Assembly: GCA_963422645.2 (NCBI GenBank)
Contig: CAXXVO010000015.1
Coordinates: 32,001 to 96,000, forward strand
Reading direction: 5' to 3'
DNA from: Alphaproteobacteria bacterium
GTDB taxonomy: Bacteria; Pseudomonadota; Alphaproteobacteria; UBA828
Length of the DNA stretch: 64,000 nt
Below are positions 38,741 to 48,866 of this stretch, piece after piece. The first letter of the stretch is position 1; every line of letters begins with the position of its first letter. Both the position numbers and the translations under genes were made by a program. The notes below the pieces were generated by a model. That model made no database searches, had not been told where the DNA came from, and worked only from the letters and a program-made list of their open reading frames with translations.

Positions 38741-40030
38741 ATGCCACGCTCGAAACCCCTGCTCGCCGGAACGGTGGTCCCTGTGGTCATCGGGCTTGCG
38801 GTCGCCACCAGTGGCGGCCACGCCACCGCCGGCACATCCGCCGGCGAGAGTCCGGGGGCGACCCCGCAACAGCAGGAACCGGGCGTGCTCCTCTTCGCTT
38901 CCTGCAACCCCTGCGGACCATGCGGGCCCTGCAATCCGTGCGATTCATGCGCAGCGGCATGCGGGCCCTGTGGGCCGTGCAATCCTTGCAATCCCTGTAA
39001 TCCCTGTGCCGGTGCGTGCAATCCCTGCGAACCCTGGGACGCCTGCAACCCCTGCGCCGGCGCTTGCGGCCCGTGCGGCCCATGCAATCCCTGCAACCCC
39101 TGCGCGGCTGCTTGTGGTCCCTGTGGCCCGTGCAACCCCTGCGCGGCTGGTGCTGCGGTCAGCTCGGACTGCGAAGTCCCACGCCTCGCCGCCGCGAGCA
39201 GCCCCTGTGGGCCGTGTGCTCCCTGCAATCCATGCGGGCCATGCAACCCCTGCGCGGCCTCCTGCGCACCCTGCGGTCCTTGCGGCCCCTGCAACCCCTG
39301 CGCAGCCGCTTGCGCGCCCTGCGGCCCTTGCAACCCATGCGAGCCGTGCAATCCATGCGCAGCCGCCTGCGCACCCTGCAACCCCTGCAGTCCGTGCAAC
39401 CCCTGCGCGGCGGCAAACCCGTGCGGGCCATGCAACCCCTGTGCGGCGGCAAACCCCTGCAATCCCTGTGCACCGTGCGGGCCGTGCGGCGCCTGCAACC
39501 CGTGCAACCCCTGTGCGGCCGGCGAGGAGGTCGAGCTGACCGCAGACGAGGCTCGGGACGCCTATGCCTGCATCAGTGGGGTCATGGCCGAGGGATACGC
39601 CAAGTCGGGCAACCAGTGGGCGGCGTCTTACCGGAACTGGCGCAACGTCGCGGCACAGCCCTATGTCTCCGACACCCACGGCGCGCGCTACGTCAACAAC
39701 TACGCCAACGACATCGGCGTCGACAATTACAGCCTCTTCGAAGAGGCCGGGCCGTCGCCTGCGGGGACCGTGCTGGCCAAGGACAGCTTCACCGTCAAGC
39801 CCAACGGCAAGATCGGCGCCGGGCCGCTCTTCCTGATGGAAAAGATGGAAGCCGGCTTCAACGCCGATACAGGCGACTGGCGCTATACGCTGATCATGCC
39901 GAACGGCCGGACGATCGGCACCACCGGCGGCAAGGGCAACAAGAACGTCGTCTTCTGCGCCGAGTGCCACCTCGGCGTCGAGGACTATGACAGCCGCTTC
40001 TTCCTCGACGAGGACTACCGGGTCCAATAG
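38741..40030 (+). CDS. Exported CxPC-repeat protein with C-terminal cytochrome P460-like domain
   Basis: RBS GGGAGG; hydrophobic leader; ~58 Cys (hand count) in C(N/G/A)PC repeats; GTVLAKD, LFLMEKM, GDWRY, C-terminal CAECH. Confidence 0.85.
   Translation: MPRSKPLLAGTVVPVVIGLAVATSGGHATAGTSAGESPGATPQQQEPGVLLFASCNPCGPCGPCNPCDSCAAACGPCGPCNPCNPCNPCAGACNPCEPWDACNPCAGACGPCGPCNPCNPCAAACGPCGPCNPCAAGAAVSSDCEVPRLAAASSPCGPCAPCNPCGPCNPCAASCAPCGPCGPCNPCAAACAPCGPCNPCEPCNPCAAACAPCNPCSPCNPCAAANPCGPCNPCAAANPCNPCAPCGPCGACNPCNPCAAGEEVELTADEARDAYACISGVMAEGYAKSGNQWAASYRNWRNVAAQPYVSDTHGARYVNNYANDIGVDNYSLFEEAGPSPAGTVLAKDSFTVKPNGKIGAGPLFLMEKMEAGFNADTGDWRYTLIMPNGRTIGTTGGKGNKNVVFCAECHLGVEDYDSRFFLDEDYRVQ
38903..39514 (+). 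repeat. Coding 9-bp-period repeat tract (TGC-NNN-CCN) encoding CxP triplets
   Basis: Visible TGCAACCCC/TGCGGCCCG-type units with diverged third positions. Confidence 0.9.
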
Positions 40031-40157
40031 CCACCCGCCTGCGGCGCGCTGCTCCCCGGGAGCGACGCGCCGCCGGCTGAATGGTCTGCTTGATCGCGGG
40101 TGCGAACCCGGCCTATGTTCGCGCCTTCACCGCTTGATCGGGACTAGAGCTAAGGAG

Positions 40158-40553
40158 ATGCCCGTGCGCGCACGTCACGTACTCGCCGTTGCCCTCGCCA
40201 CCTTCATGATGGCGGCGAGCGCCTCCGCCATTGCCGCCGATGTGAAGAAGGGCAAGAAGGTCTTCAAGAAGTGCAAGGTGTGCCACACCGTCAAGGAAGG
40301 CGGGAAGCACAAGGTCGGCCCCAACCTCCACGGCGTCTTCGGCCGCACCTCGGGCACGGCCGAGGGCTTCAAGAAGTACTCAGACGCGATGAAGGACGCG
40401 GCGATCGTCTGGGACGAGGAGACCATCTACGCGTACATCTCCGATCCCAAGGGGTACATTCCGAAGAACAAGATGGCGTTCAAGGGGGTCAGGAAAGAGA
40501 AAGACCGCGAGAACCTGATGGCCTATCTCAAGGAAGCCACCGGCGCCGAGTGA
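40158..40553 (+). CDS. Cytochrome c2-like class I cytochrome c
   Basis: Signal peptide, [25 protein letters not shown]. Confidence 0.93.
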   Translation: MPVRARHVLAVALATFMMAASASAIAADVKKGKKVFKKCKVCHTVKEGGKHKVGPNLHGVFGRTSGTAEGFKKYSDAMKDAAIVWDEETIYAYISDPKGYIPKNKMAFKGVRKEKDRENLMAYLKEATGAE

Positions 40554-40594
40554 GCCGGGCGGGCGCCGCCACTCTGCGCTGATCGGCGGCAGCC

Positions 40595-41119
40595 ATGCCC
40601 GACTTCGACCTGCGCGAGCACATCCGCGAAATTCCGGACTTTCCCAAGCCCGGCATCCTCTTCTACGACATCTCCACCTTACTCGCCCACGCCGAGGCCT
40701 GGGGCGAAACGGTGCAACGACTCGCCGACGTGGTGGGCGGTCACAAGCCCGATTTGCTGGCGGGTATCGAATCCCGCGGCTTTCTGGTCGCGGCGCCGTT
40801 GGCGCACGCGCTCGGCTGCGGCTTCATCATGGTGCGCAAGAAGGGCAAGCTGCCGGGCCAGACCGTGGCGTACGAGTACGCGCTCGAATACGGCACCGAT
40901 CAGGTCGAGGTGCAGGCCGACGCCGTGGCACCTGGCCAGCGGGTCGTCCTGGTCGACGATCTGCTTGCAACCGGAGGCACGGCGGCCGCGTCGCACGCTC
41001 TGCTGCGCCAACTGGGCGCCGAGGTGGTGGCGGCGACCTTCATCATCGAGCTGACCTTCCTCGGTGGGAGGGGGCGCCTCGACCTGCCGATCACCTCCCT
41101 CGTCGCCTACGACGAGTAG
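40595..41119 (+). CDS. apt: Adenine phosphoribosyltransferase
   Basis: [32 protein letters not shown]. Confidence 0.96.
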   Translation: MPDFDLREHIREIPDFPKPGILFYDISTLLAHAEAWGETVQRLADVVGGHKPDLLAGIESRGFLVAAPLAHALGCGFIMVRKKGKLPGQTVAYEYALEYGTDQVEVQADAVAPGQRVVLVDDLLATGGTAAASHALLRQLGAEVVAATFIIELTFLGGRGRLDLPITSLVAYDE

Positions 41120-41152
41120 CGGCGGCACAAGGGAACGCGGGAGACCTATTCC

Positions 41153-41821
41153 ATGGCCATCGCCGTGATCGGAGGCACCGGTCCCCAGGGCCGCGGGCTG
41201 GCTCAGCGCTGCGCGCTCGCCGGCATCGATGTGGTGGTCGGCTCGCGCGATGCCACCCGCGCAGCGGAGATTGCCGCCGATCTTAGGGACGGCGTGCCTG
41301 ACGCGCCGGGGGCAATCGAAGGCGCCGCCAACGCCGACGCGGTCGCGCAAGCCGAGCGCATGGTGGTGCTGGCGGTGCCGTGGAGCGCGCACCAGGCGAC
41401 GCTCGCGGGGCTCACCGAAGCGCTGCAGGGGAAGATCCTGGTTGACATGGCGGTGCCGCTCGCCGACGGCAATCCCCGGCGCACCGCGATGCCCCCCGAG
41501 GGCTCGGCGACCGAGGCGGCGCAGGCGATGCTCGGCGAAGGCGTCGCCGTGGTGGGCGCGCTCCACAACGTCTCCGCCCACGTGCTCGCCGCCCTCGATC
41601 AGCCGATCAACTGCGACATCCTCGTCTGCGGCGACGATCTGGAGGCGAAGCGCGTGGTGATGGACCTGGTCGAGACCATCGGGGCGCGCGCCTACAATTG
41701 CGGCCCGGCCGAGAGCGCGCGCTGCATCGAGGCGATGACCTCGTTGCTGATTCGCCTCAACATGTCCAAGGCGACGGGCTTCAAGCACGCGGGCGTAAAG
41801 ATCTGGCCGGAAGCCGGGTGA
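41153..41821 (+). CDS. npdG: NADPH-dependent F420 reductase
   Basis: [29 protein letters not shown]. Confidence 0.88.
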   Translation: MAIAVIGGTGPQGRGLAQRCALAGIDVVVGSRDATRAAEIAADLRDGVPDAPGAIEGAANADAVAQAERMVVLAVPWSAHQATLAGLTEALQGKILVDMAVPLADGNPRRTAMPPEGSATEAAQAMLGEGVAVVGALHNVSAHVLAALDQPINCDILVCGDDLEAKRVVMDLVETIGARAYNCGPAESARCIEAMTSLLIRLNMSKATGFKHAGVKIWPEAG

Positions 41822-41832
41822 GGGAGACGACC

Positions 41833-42852
41833 ATGGAATTCGCCATCACTTTCCGCGGCGATCTAGACAAGGATCGCATCGTCGCCATCTGCCGGCAGGC
41901 CGAGGCGGCGGGTTTCGACTACGCCTGGTTCTTCGACAGCCACGCGCTGTGGCGCGACCTCTACCCGCAGATGGCGGTTGCCATCGAGCACACACGGCGG
42001 CTGCGCTTCGGCCCCTGCGTCACCAACCCGATGACCCGCGAATGGTCGGTGGCCGCGAGCCTGTTCGGGGCGATGGCGGTGCAGTCGGACGGCCGCTTCG
42101 ACATGGGCGTGGGGCGCGGCGACAGCGCCGTGCGCGCAATCGGCAAGCGGCCGGCGACGGTGGCGCGCCTGGAGGAGTTCTGCCACGCGATGAAGGCGCT
42201 GGTGCGGGGCGAGGCGGTCACCTACGAGGGCGTGCCGGAGCCGGTGCAGTTCGACTGGACCGGCGGCTACGAGATGCCGGTCTGGGTTGCGGCCTACGGG
42301 CCCCGGGCGCTGGCGGCAGCCGGCCGTGTCGGCGACGGGCTGATCGTGCAGCTCGCCGATGTCGGCCTCTGCCAGTGGATGGGTGGCCAGGCGCGCGCTG
42401 CCGGCCGCGCCGAGGGCCGCGACATGGCGGACTATCGCGTCATGGCCTGTGCGCCGGTCTGGGTCGGCGATCGCGAGGCCGGGATCGCCCAGACCAAGTG
42501 GTTCCCGGCGCTAGTGGGCAACCACGTGGCCGACATCGTGAAGCACCACGGCGCCGGCACCGACCTCGTGCCGAAGAGCCTCACCGCCTACATCGCGCAG
42601 CGCGAAGGCGTCGGCGCCGATGAGGGCTACGACTACCACCAGCACACCGCGCTGGAGTCGGACAACAGCGCCTACGTCTCGCCCGAGATCACCGAGGACT
42701 TCTGCGTGATCGGCCCGGCCGAGGCCCATGTCGAGAAGATTCGGGCGCTGGAGGCCGCCGGCGTCACCCAGTTCAACATTTACCTCACCAACGGCGGCGA
42801 GGAGCAGATCGTCGCGGCCTACGCCGACCACGTGCTCCCGCACTTTCGTTAG
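41833..42852 (+). CDS. LLM-class, probably F420-dependent, oxidoreductase
   Basis: WFFDSHALW, CVTNPMTR, GVGRGDSA, AAYGPRAL; follows npdG. Confidence 0.85.
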   Translation: MEFAITFRGDLDKDRIVAICRQAEAAGFDYAWFFDSHALWRDLYPQMAVAIEHTRRLRFGPCVTNPMTREWSVAASLFGAMAVQSDGRFDMGVGRGDSAVRAIGKRPATVARLEEFCHAMKALVRGEAVTYEGVPEPVQFDWTGGYEMPVWVAAYGPRALAAAGRVGDGLIVQLADVGLCQWMGGQARAAGRAEGRDMADYRVMACAPVWVGDREAGIAQTKWFPALVGNHVADIVKHHGAGTDLVPKSLTAYIAQREGVGADEGYDYHQHTALESDNSAYVSPEITEDFCVIGPAEAHVEKIRALEAAGVTQFNIYLTNGGEEQIVAAYADHVLPHFR

Positions 42853-42957
42853 GAGGTAACTGCCCAGGTCTGATTCTGCCGAGCACTCGGACGTGATGGA
42901 TTGATGGTTCTGACCAGCCAGGGGTCAGGCGGCGCTTTCCCGGAGCAGCGCAGGATT

Positions 42958-44499
42958 TCAGAAGCGCAATACGGGGATCAGCTGGATTGGATCGGGGTGC
43001 GCCAGGGTTTCGAGGACATTCCAGCGCTGTTTTCGAGCGGTGGCGATGACGGATCGCAGGTTTGCGAAGTCGCGGGCGCCTTGTATCGAGCGGAAGCCGC
43101 CTGAGATTTTCTGGCGCAGCTTGCCCATTCGGAGGTCGCGCTCGGCCTCGTTGTTGGAGAAGGGGGTTCGCGGATCGGTGAGGAAGCGCAGGCACCCCTC
43201 CTTGTACTTCTGGAGTCGGAGGGCGAGGTTGTGACCGATGCGGCGCTTTTGTCGTCCGCGCTTTCCGGTCTGGAGCGGTGGCATTTCTTCGTGAGAGGCG
43301 ATGGCACGTTCGAGGATGCGGTCCCAGGCTCGCGAGATGCGGGCCACCAGTGAGGCGGGCACGTCGCGGTCGTTCTTGTGGGCGAAGCGGGCGGCTCTGT
43401 TGGCACGGATGAGGAGCCGGTGCGTGCTCGTTGCCCAGTCTTCCTTCTCGATCTCGATGAGGGCTTGGAGCTCGCGCAGGTGATGGGCGTTGCAGGCCCC
43501 GTGGCGCACGCCCTCGAGAGCGAAGTAGGTGGCGTAGTCGTCATGGATGACGATGCCGTTGAGCTTCTCGTCGATGTGGCTGCGCCCGGTGGCGACGCGC
43601 AGGATGGTGAGCAACGGGGTGCACAGCACATGGAGCCAATGGGTCCGGGCGGCGATGCGGATGCCGGTCTCGTCGAGGTGTTTGACTGGGGCTGCGGTGC
43701 GGATGATCTCCGCGAGGCGATCGAGGAAGCCCTCGAAGCGCCGGGCGGTGCGCCTTCCCATGGCGACGATGGTGGCTGTTGAGAGCTTGACCGCGAAGAG
43801 GTCGCTCATGACCTCGGCGACCCGCTTCTCGGGAATGAACTGAGCGTGCAGCAGGTAGGTCACCCACGCGGTGATGCGCGGCCCGTATTGGACCGGTGCG
43901 CTCACGCCGTTCGGGAAGACGGCTGTCGTCACGGTGCCGCAGGCAGCGCAGAGGCAACGATGGCCGCGATGTTCGGTGACCTCGAGGGGCTGCGGCTCGG
44001 GCACATCGAAGACCTGCCGGCAGACGGGGGCTCCGTGACGGTCAGCGTCCGACAGCGGCGCGCCGCAGCCCTCACAGGCGGACGGATCATGATCGACGAC
44101 ATGGTCGGGCGTCGCGGTCCGCTCCAGGGTAGTTCCCTTGTGGCCCGGCTGGCCGCCACTGGGCCTGTCGGACTTGCCGCGCTGGCTCCGGGTGCGCTTC
44201 TCCCGGTCACCGCTCTTCTTCTTCAGACCGTCGCTGGCCGGCGGCTTGGAGCTGGTGGTGCTGTCGAGCGCGGCGCTGCGCTCGAGTTCGGCGATCCGCT
44301 CGCGCAAGCGGGCGTTCTCCCGCTCCAGCGCGTCGTTCTCCTTGACCAGGGCCGCGCTCAGGCGCAGCAACCTCTGGCCCCATTCCCGAATGGCTTTGAC
44401 GGCGGTCATTGCGAAGGATTGTGGGGTGAAAAGGTCCTGCAGGCACGCGAAGGCCTCGTCGTGGGCAGCGAGGTCCTCGTGCCAGCGCGACACTGTCAC
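42958..44499 (-). CDS. tnpC: IS66 transposase (type C)
   Basis: GTG start overlapping methylase stop; zinc finger and DDE motifs intact. Confidence 0.92.
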   Translation of the reverse strand: MTVSRWHEDLAAHDEAFACLQDLFTPQSFAMTAVKAIREWGQRLLRLSAALVKENDALERENARLRERIAELERSAALDSTTSSKPPASDGLKKKSGDREKRTRSQRGKSDRPSGGQPGHKGTTLERTATPDHVVDHDPSACEGCGAPLSDADRHGAPVCRQVFDVPEPQPLEVTEHRGHRCLCAACGTVTTAVFPNGVSAPVQYGPRITAWVTYLLHAQFIPEKRVAEVMSDLFAVKLSTATIVAMGRRTARRFEGFLDRLAEIIRTAAPVKHLDETGIRIAARTHWLHVLCTPLLTILRVATGRSHIDEKLNGIVIHDDYATYFALEGVRHGACNAHHLRELQALIEIEKEDWATSTHRLLIRANRAARFAHKNDRDVPASLVARISRAWDRILERAIASHEEMPPLQTGKRGRQKRRIGHNLALRLQKYKEGCLRFLTDPRTPFSNNEAERDLRMGKLRQKISGGFRSIQGARDFANLRSVIATARKQRWNVLETLAHPDPIQLIPVLRF

Positions 44500-45164
44500 G
44501 AACCCTCGTCGGCCTCGACGGCCATGATCGCGGCCAGCACCGCCAGGCGTTCGCCCGCCGGCATGGCCTCGTAGCGCCGGCCCCAGTTGGCCGCCTTGCG
44601 CTTGATGCACTGGCGCTCGGTGAAGTTCCGGCCGGCGAAGCTCGCCCAGTGCACCCGGTCAGGCGCGAAGTTGAACCACACGACCTCGGTCCGCACCTGG
44701 GCCTGGGTCGTCACCTGCAGCGCCAGCCGGCGCCAGCCCGCCAGCAGCTCGTCATAGAGCGCAGACGGGTGGCCCGAGACCATCACCTGGCAGGGCAGAC
44801 CCTTGAGCAGTTCGAGGAGCGCGACGTGGTCGGCCTCCTCGTACTCGAAGCGGTAGCGCTGCGACGAACGCCGGGTCGCGTGCAGATAGGGCGGATCGCT
44901 GTAGACCAGCTCCGGGCCCAGAAACGGGAACGAGGCCAGGAAGGAATGGGCGCAGCCGGGCACCAACTCCACCGGGTAGTCGCAGCCAAAGGCCTCAAGC
45001 GCCCGCTCGTCGCGGTCGATCCCGATCGAGCGCATGGCCGCAGGCTTGCGCTTCATCAGCGCCCCGCCCCCAAGATGGCTCTCGATATAGACAGAGTGCG
45101 GCGGCATCAGCGCAATCAGCGCCTGGCTCAGACCGGTCGTCGCCTTCGACCCGAAATACCCCAC
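44496..45164 (-). CDS. DNA adenine methyltransferase (D12/Dam-like)
   Basis: YFGSK, ESHLGGGA, DPPY; close homologue of 714-1379. Confidence 0.85.
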   Translation of the reverse strand: MGYFGSKATTGLSQALIALMPPHSVYIESHLGGGALMKRKPAAMRSIGIDRDERALEAFGCDYPVELVPGCAHSFLASFPFLGPELVYSDPPYLHATRRSSQRYRFEYEEADHVALLELLKGLPCQVMVSGHPSALYDELLAGWRRLALQVTTQAQVRTEVVWFNFAPDRVHWASFAGRNFTERQCIKRKAANWGRRYEAMPAGERLAVLAAIMAVEADEGS

Positions 45165-45222
45165 CGGCTGCTCCTCTCATGCGAGAGTGCAACCCATAGG
45201 CGAGAGAACCTATACAGTCAAG
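45160..45222 (-). promoter_or_regulatory. Putative promoter and RBS-hiding hairpin of IS66-C
   Basis: CTTGAC(45222-45217)-N17-CTATGG(45199-45194); GGTTGC-A-CTCTC/GAGAG-GA-GCAGCC stem over GAGGAG. Confidence 0.6.
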
Positions 45223-45548
45223 CGGGGATCAACGACGCGCCGACGGCGAAACGGCACCGACGGCAAGCAACATCAGCACGCACTCAGAACTGGCGGCGGG
45301 GTACCTGGGTAGTTACGTTAGGAGTAGGGTGTCGCCCTGGCGCGGGCGGACTGACGTCGCTCCGAGAAATCCGGCAGGCCTGTAAAGAACGCAGCGCGAA
45401 GTCCCGGTAATTCGGGCAGAATGAGCCGGCAGGCGCTCAGCCTTCTCGCATCAGGGAGGTCGGTTCGATGACCGAGATCGCGTCCAATTCACGCCGATTG
45501 GCTGTTGTGCGGACTTCTGGGAAAGCGCATCGGCCGAGATTCACCAAG

Positions 45549-46136
45549 ATGGCAGGACTGATCCCGGTTCTTGGTCTGACGGCACTCGTGACGCTCGGCG
45601 GCTGCGCCACGGTGCTGGAGCCCATGGCGGAGCCCAAGAGGGCCGTCGGCGATACCGAGGTCTGGCGCAGCCGGACGGGAACACTGACCCACACGCTCGT
45701 GGCAATGGACAGCGCCACGATGAGCTACGAGATCGCTGAGAACAGTTGCACCTACACGCGTCCCAAGGGCGGACTGCTGCCCTGGACGCAATGGTCGAAC
45801 TGCCGCGGCATGCCCGATGGAAGCCAGACCGTCACGGTGACCGAAGGACGAATCTGGCCCCTGGAAATCGGACGGTCGTGGCGCTACCGCAAGGTGGGCT
45901 CGGACAAGAGCGGTAACGAATGGAATGAGACGGCACTCTGCAAGGTCTTGAGTCAACGTCGTTCGCACGTCGAGGCCGGCTCCTATCACGCGTACCGCAC
46001 GATCTGTAGATCGAAGACCGAGCGCATCGAGATTTATTTGGCGCCCGCCATCGGGAGAAACGTTCTTACCTGGCACTCGCTCCTCGATCGGTCACAACCG
46101 CCGAAAAGGTGGAAACTGCTGCGTTTCACGCCGTGA
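45549..46136 (+). CDS. Hypothetical lipoprotein
   Basis: Hydrophobic stretch and LGGC lipobox; start uncertain (45468 or 45549). Confidence 0.6.
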   Translation: MAGLIPVLGLTALVTLGGCATVLEPMAEPKRAVGDTEVWRSRTGTLTHTLVAMDSATMSYEIAENSCTYTRPKGGLLPWTQWSNCRGMPDGSQTVTVTEGRIWPLEIGRSWRYRKVGSDKSGNEWNETALCKVLSQRRSHVEAGSYHAYRTICRSKTERIEIYLAPAIGRNVLTWHSLLDRSQPPKRWKLLRFTP

Positions 46137-46200
46137 CCGGACGGTTAGAGCGCGTCCGACTTTGACGGACGCGCGATAGGCCGCGACTGCGGCCGGCGCC

Positions 46201-47550
46201 TCAGTAAAGCTCGATGTACTCGTCCCGCTCCCACTGGGTAACGTGGGCGTTGAAGCGGGCGAGCTCGGCGCGCTTCATCGTGGTGAAGACGGTCACGAAC
46301 TCCTCGCCGAGCAACTCCACCATCGCCTTGTCGGCTTCGAGCGCGACGAGCGCGGCTTCGAGATTGGCCGGGAAGGGCGGCAGGCTCGGGTCGTCCTCGC
46401 TCGGCCCGTCGGACTGCGTGACCAGTGAGCGCTGCTCGCTGAGCCCGAGCAGCCCGCAGGCGAGCGTGCCAGCGGCGCAGAGGTAGGGATTGCTGATGGC
46501 CGACGACGCCCGCATCTCCACGTGCATCCCCGGCGAGCCCGGCTGCTTGATGCGGACCATCGCGCTCCGGTCCTCCTCGCCCCAGCTCACATTGGACGGC
46601 GCGAAGGTGTGGGGCGTGAGCCGGCGGTAGCAGTTGGGCGTCGGGTTGAAGAGCGCCGTGCAGGCGGCGCCGTGGTCGATGAGGCCCTGGACGAAGTGCC
46701 GCAGCGTGGGTGTCATCGCACTTGGGTTCTCGGGGTCGTAGAAGGCGCTCCGCCCGCTCTCCTTCTCCAACAGACTGATATGGTAGTGGCAACCGGAGCC
46801 CGCTGAGCTCGCCGACGGCTTGCCCATGAAGGTCGCGGTGTAACCCGCGTGCTGGACAATCTCCTTCACCCCGTTCTTGAAGGTGAACGCTCTGTCGAGG
46901 CCGGCCATCCCCTCGTCATGCCTGTAGACCAGCTCGTACTGAGAAGGCGCGTACTCGGCGTTCGCGGTCAACATCGGGATACCGGCAGCGCGCAGGCCGT
47001 CCACCACCGCGCGGATAGCCGGCAGGTGGTCGTTGCGCAGATTGTTGAAGATGTGGACGCCGCCAAAGAGCGGCTGGTGCGTCTCGCGGTCGAGCACGTA
47101 GAACTCGTACTCGTGGGCGCTCTCGATGCCGAAGCCGAGCTCGGCCGTCCTCTCCAGCATCCGGCGGGCGACGCCGCGGGGCGCGGCGTGAAGCGGCGTG
47201 CCGTCCTCCCACTCGGTGTCGCAGATCACCTTCGCCATGCCGTCGAGCCACGGCACCCGTGCGAGGGTTGCGAGGTCGGGACGCAGGGTCTGGTCCTTGT
47301 ACTTGACCTCCTCGTTGTAGAGGGTGCCGGGGATCACGTGGGAGGCCGTGTCGAGGGCGACGATGCCGCCATACATGTTCACACCCTCGCGGGCGGAGGC
47401 GGCGAAGCGCTCCACCGGCACCTGCTTGGAGCGTGCCGAGCCATGCATGTCCGGCAACTCGAAGCGGACATGCTGGATGCCGTCGCGCTCGAGCCGCGCC
47501 AGCGCTTCGTCTACCTGATCGCGGGCGCCTTGCCCTCCATTGTCGGCCAC
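46201..47550 (-). CDS. Glutamine synthetase-family gamma-glutamyl ligase
   Basis: EYEFY, EYAPSQYE, TFMGKP, GSGCHYHISL, WGEEDRS. Confidence 0.9.
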   Translation of the reverse strand: MADNGGQGARDQVDEALARLERDGIQHVRFELPDMHGSARSKQVPVERFAASAREGVNMYGGIVALDTASHVIPGTLYNEEVKYKDQTLRPDLATLARVPWLDGMAKVICDTEWEDGTPLHAAPRGVARRMLERTAELGFGIESAHEYEFYVLDRETHQPLFGGVHIFNNLRNDHLPAIRAVVDGLRAAGIPMLTANAEYAPSQYELVYRHDEGMAGLDRAFTFKNGVKEIVQHAGYTATFMGKPSASSAGSGCHYHISLLEKESGRSAFYDPENPSAMTPTLRHFVQGLIDHGAACTALFNPTPNCYRRLTPHTFAPSNVSWGEEDRSAMVRIKQPGSPGMHVEMRASSAISNPYLCAAGTLACGLLGLSEQRSLVTQSDGPSEDDPSLPPFPANLEAALVALEADKAMVELLGEEFVTVFTTMKRAELARFNAHVTQWERDEYIELY

Positions 47551-47647
47551 GACTGCCTCCTTTCCGTCATGCCTAATTCACCCGCCGTGCGGGCGGCCCG
47601 AATTCGCGGTTTCAGGCGCGGCGAGTCAAGGGCGGATGGAGACGCCG

Positions 47648-48664
47648 CTACCCGGCCGCCGCCTCGGCGTCGGCGAGGAGCGGGCGGCGGCTACGGTCGA
47701 TCTTGTGCGCGACATGGGCGCCGGAGGTAATGGGCGCGTAGCGGGGCGGGTTGGCGTCGTCGGCACAGCTCGGCAGGCACTCGATCACCGCGTCGTAGTT
47801 GGGCTGGTGAAAGAAGAGCAGCGAGAGCCGGCTGCTCTCCGCCTCCTCGCGCGGCGGGTTGACCACCCGGTGCAGAGTTGAGCGCCAGCGGTCGTTGGTC
47901 CATTCCGCCATCAGGTCGCCGAGATTGATGACGAAGGTGCCGGGGATGCAGGGCACGTCGGCCCAGGTACCGTCCCTGCCCAGCACCTGCAGGCCGCCCA
48001 CCGGAGTATCGGAGGAAACGATGGTGAGGCTGCCATAGTCCGCATGGGCGCCGCAGCGGAGCTGCCCCGGCAAGGGCGGATTCGGCTGTGGCGGGTAATA
48101 GGAGGCGATGAAGTTGGTGATGTGGCGGTCGATCTTGTCGGCGAAGAAGGCCTCGGGCAGCCCAAGCGCGCAGGCGAATATCCGCATCAGGTCGTCGGCC
48201 AGCCGCTCCATCTCCCGGTAGTAGGCTTCCCAGAGCGGCCGTATCCCGGCCGGGCGGTCGGGCCAGAGATTGGCGGCGAAGAAGCGCCAGCCCTTCGGCC
48301 CGTAGTGGTAGTCGTCGTAGGCGTGGTCGTAGGGCCCGGTGACGAAGCTCTCGCGCCAGTCGGGCGCGCCCTCGTCCGCGTCCATGCTGTAGGCCACGTC
48401 CTCGCTGCCCACCGTCATCAGCCCGCGATAGCGGTCGGGCGGCATCTTGACCCGGAGCTTCTCCCAATAGGGCAGGTCGAAGAAGGCGCGGGTGACGCGC
48501 CGCATCTCGTCGGTCTCGGCTTGCGCGACGCCGTGGCCTGCGATGACGAGGAAGCCGATCTCGCGGCAGGCGGCGTCCACTTCTGCGGCGACGCACGCCT
48601 TGTCCTCGCGCCCGCCGGCGAGAAAGGGCGCGATATCGATGACCGGAACCACCGACTCTCTCAT
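47648..48664 (-). CDS. Isopenicillin-N-synthase-family 2OG-Fe(II) oxygenase
   Basis: VPVIDI, HADYGSLT, WTNDRWRSTLHRV, RLS. Confidence 0.92.
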   Translation of the reverse strand: MRESVVPVIDIAPFLAGGREDKACVAAEVDAACREIGFLVIAGHGVAQAETDEMRRVTRAFFDLPYWEKLRVKMPPDRYRGLMTVGSEDVAYSMDADEGAPDWRESFVTGPYDHAYDDYHYGPKGWRFFAANLWPDRPAGIRPLWEAYYREMERLADDLMRIFACALGLPEAFFADKIDRHITNFIASYYPPQPNPPLPGQLRCGAHADYGSLTIVSSDTPVGGLQVLGRDGTWADVPCIPGTFVINLGDLMAEWTNDRWRSTLHRVVNPPREEAESSRLSLLFFHQPNYDAVIECLPSCADDANPPRYAPITSGAHVAHKIDRSRRPLLADAEAAAG

Positions 48665-48866
48665 CCTTTGCCCCCGCTGTGCCGGTCTAGCCGGCCAATC
48701 CTACCAGTGGGAGCCCGGGCCGCGCGAGTGGGGCAGTTGACGCGACCCGGATCGTGCCCAGATTCTCCGGGAGAAATCCCTACCGTCGCGTAATTTCGCG
48801 CGGTCGCGTAGTATGTCGAGAGGCCGAGTGGCGGAGGAACCGCCGCGCGCCGGTGGAGCGGAAGCC

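Larger units (their letters stand above)
42856..45316 (-). mobile_element. IS66-C: divergent methyltransferase-carrying IS66, complete
   Basis: IRs GTAACTACCCAGGTACCCC / GTAACTGCCCAGGT; 8-bp TSD GTTAGGAG. Confidence 0.95.

Noticed and set aside
38903-39514. Multiheme cytochrome interpretation of the CxxC repeats
   Set aside because: No His follows any repeat CxxC.
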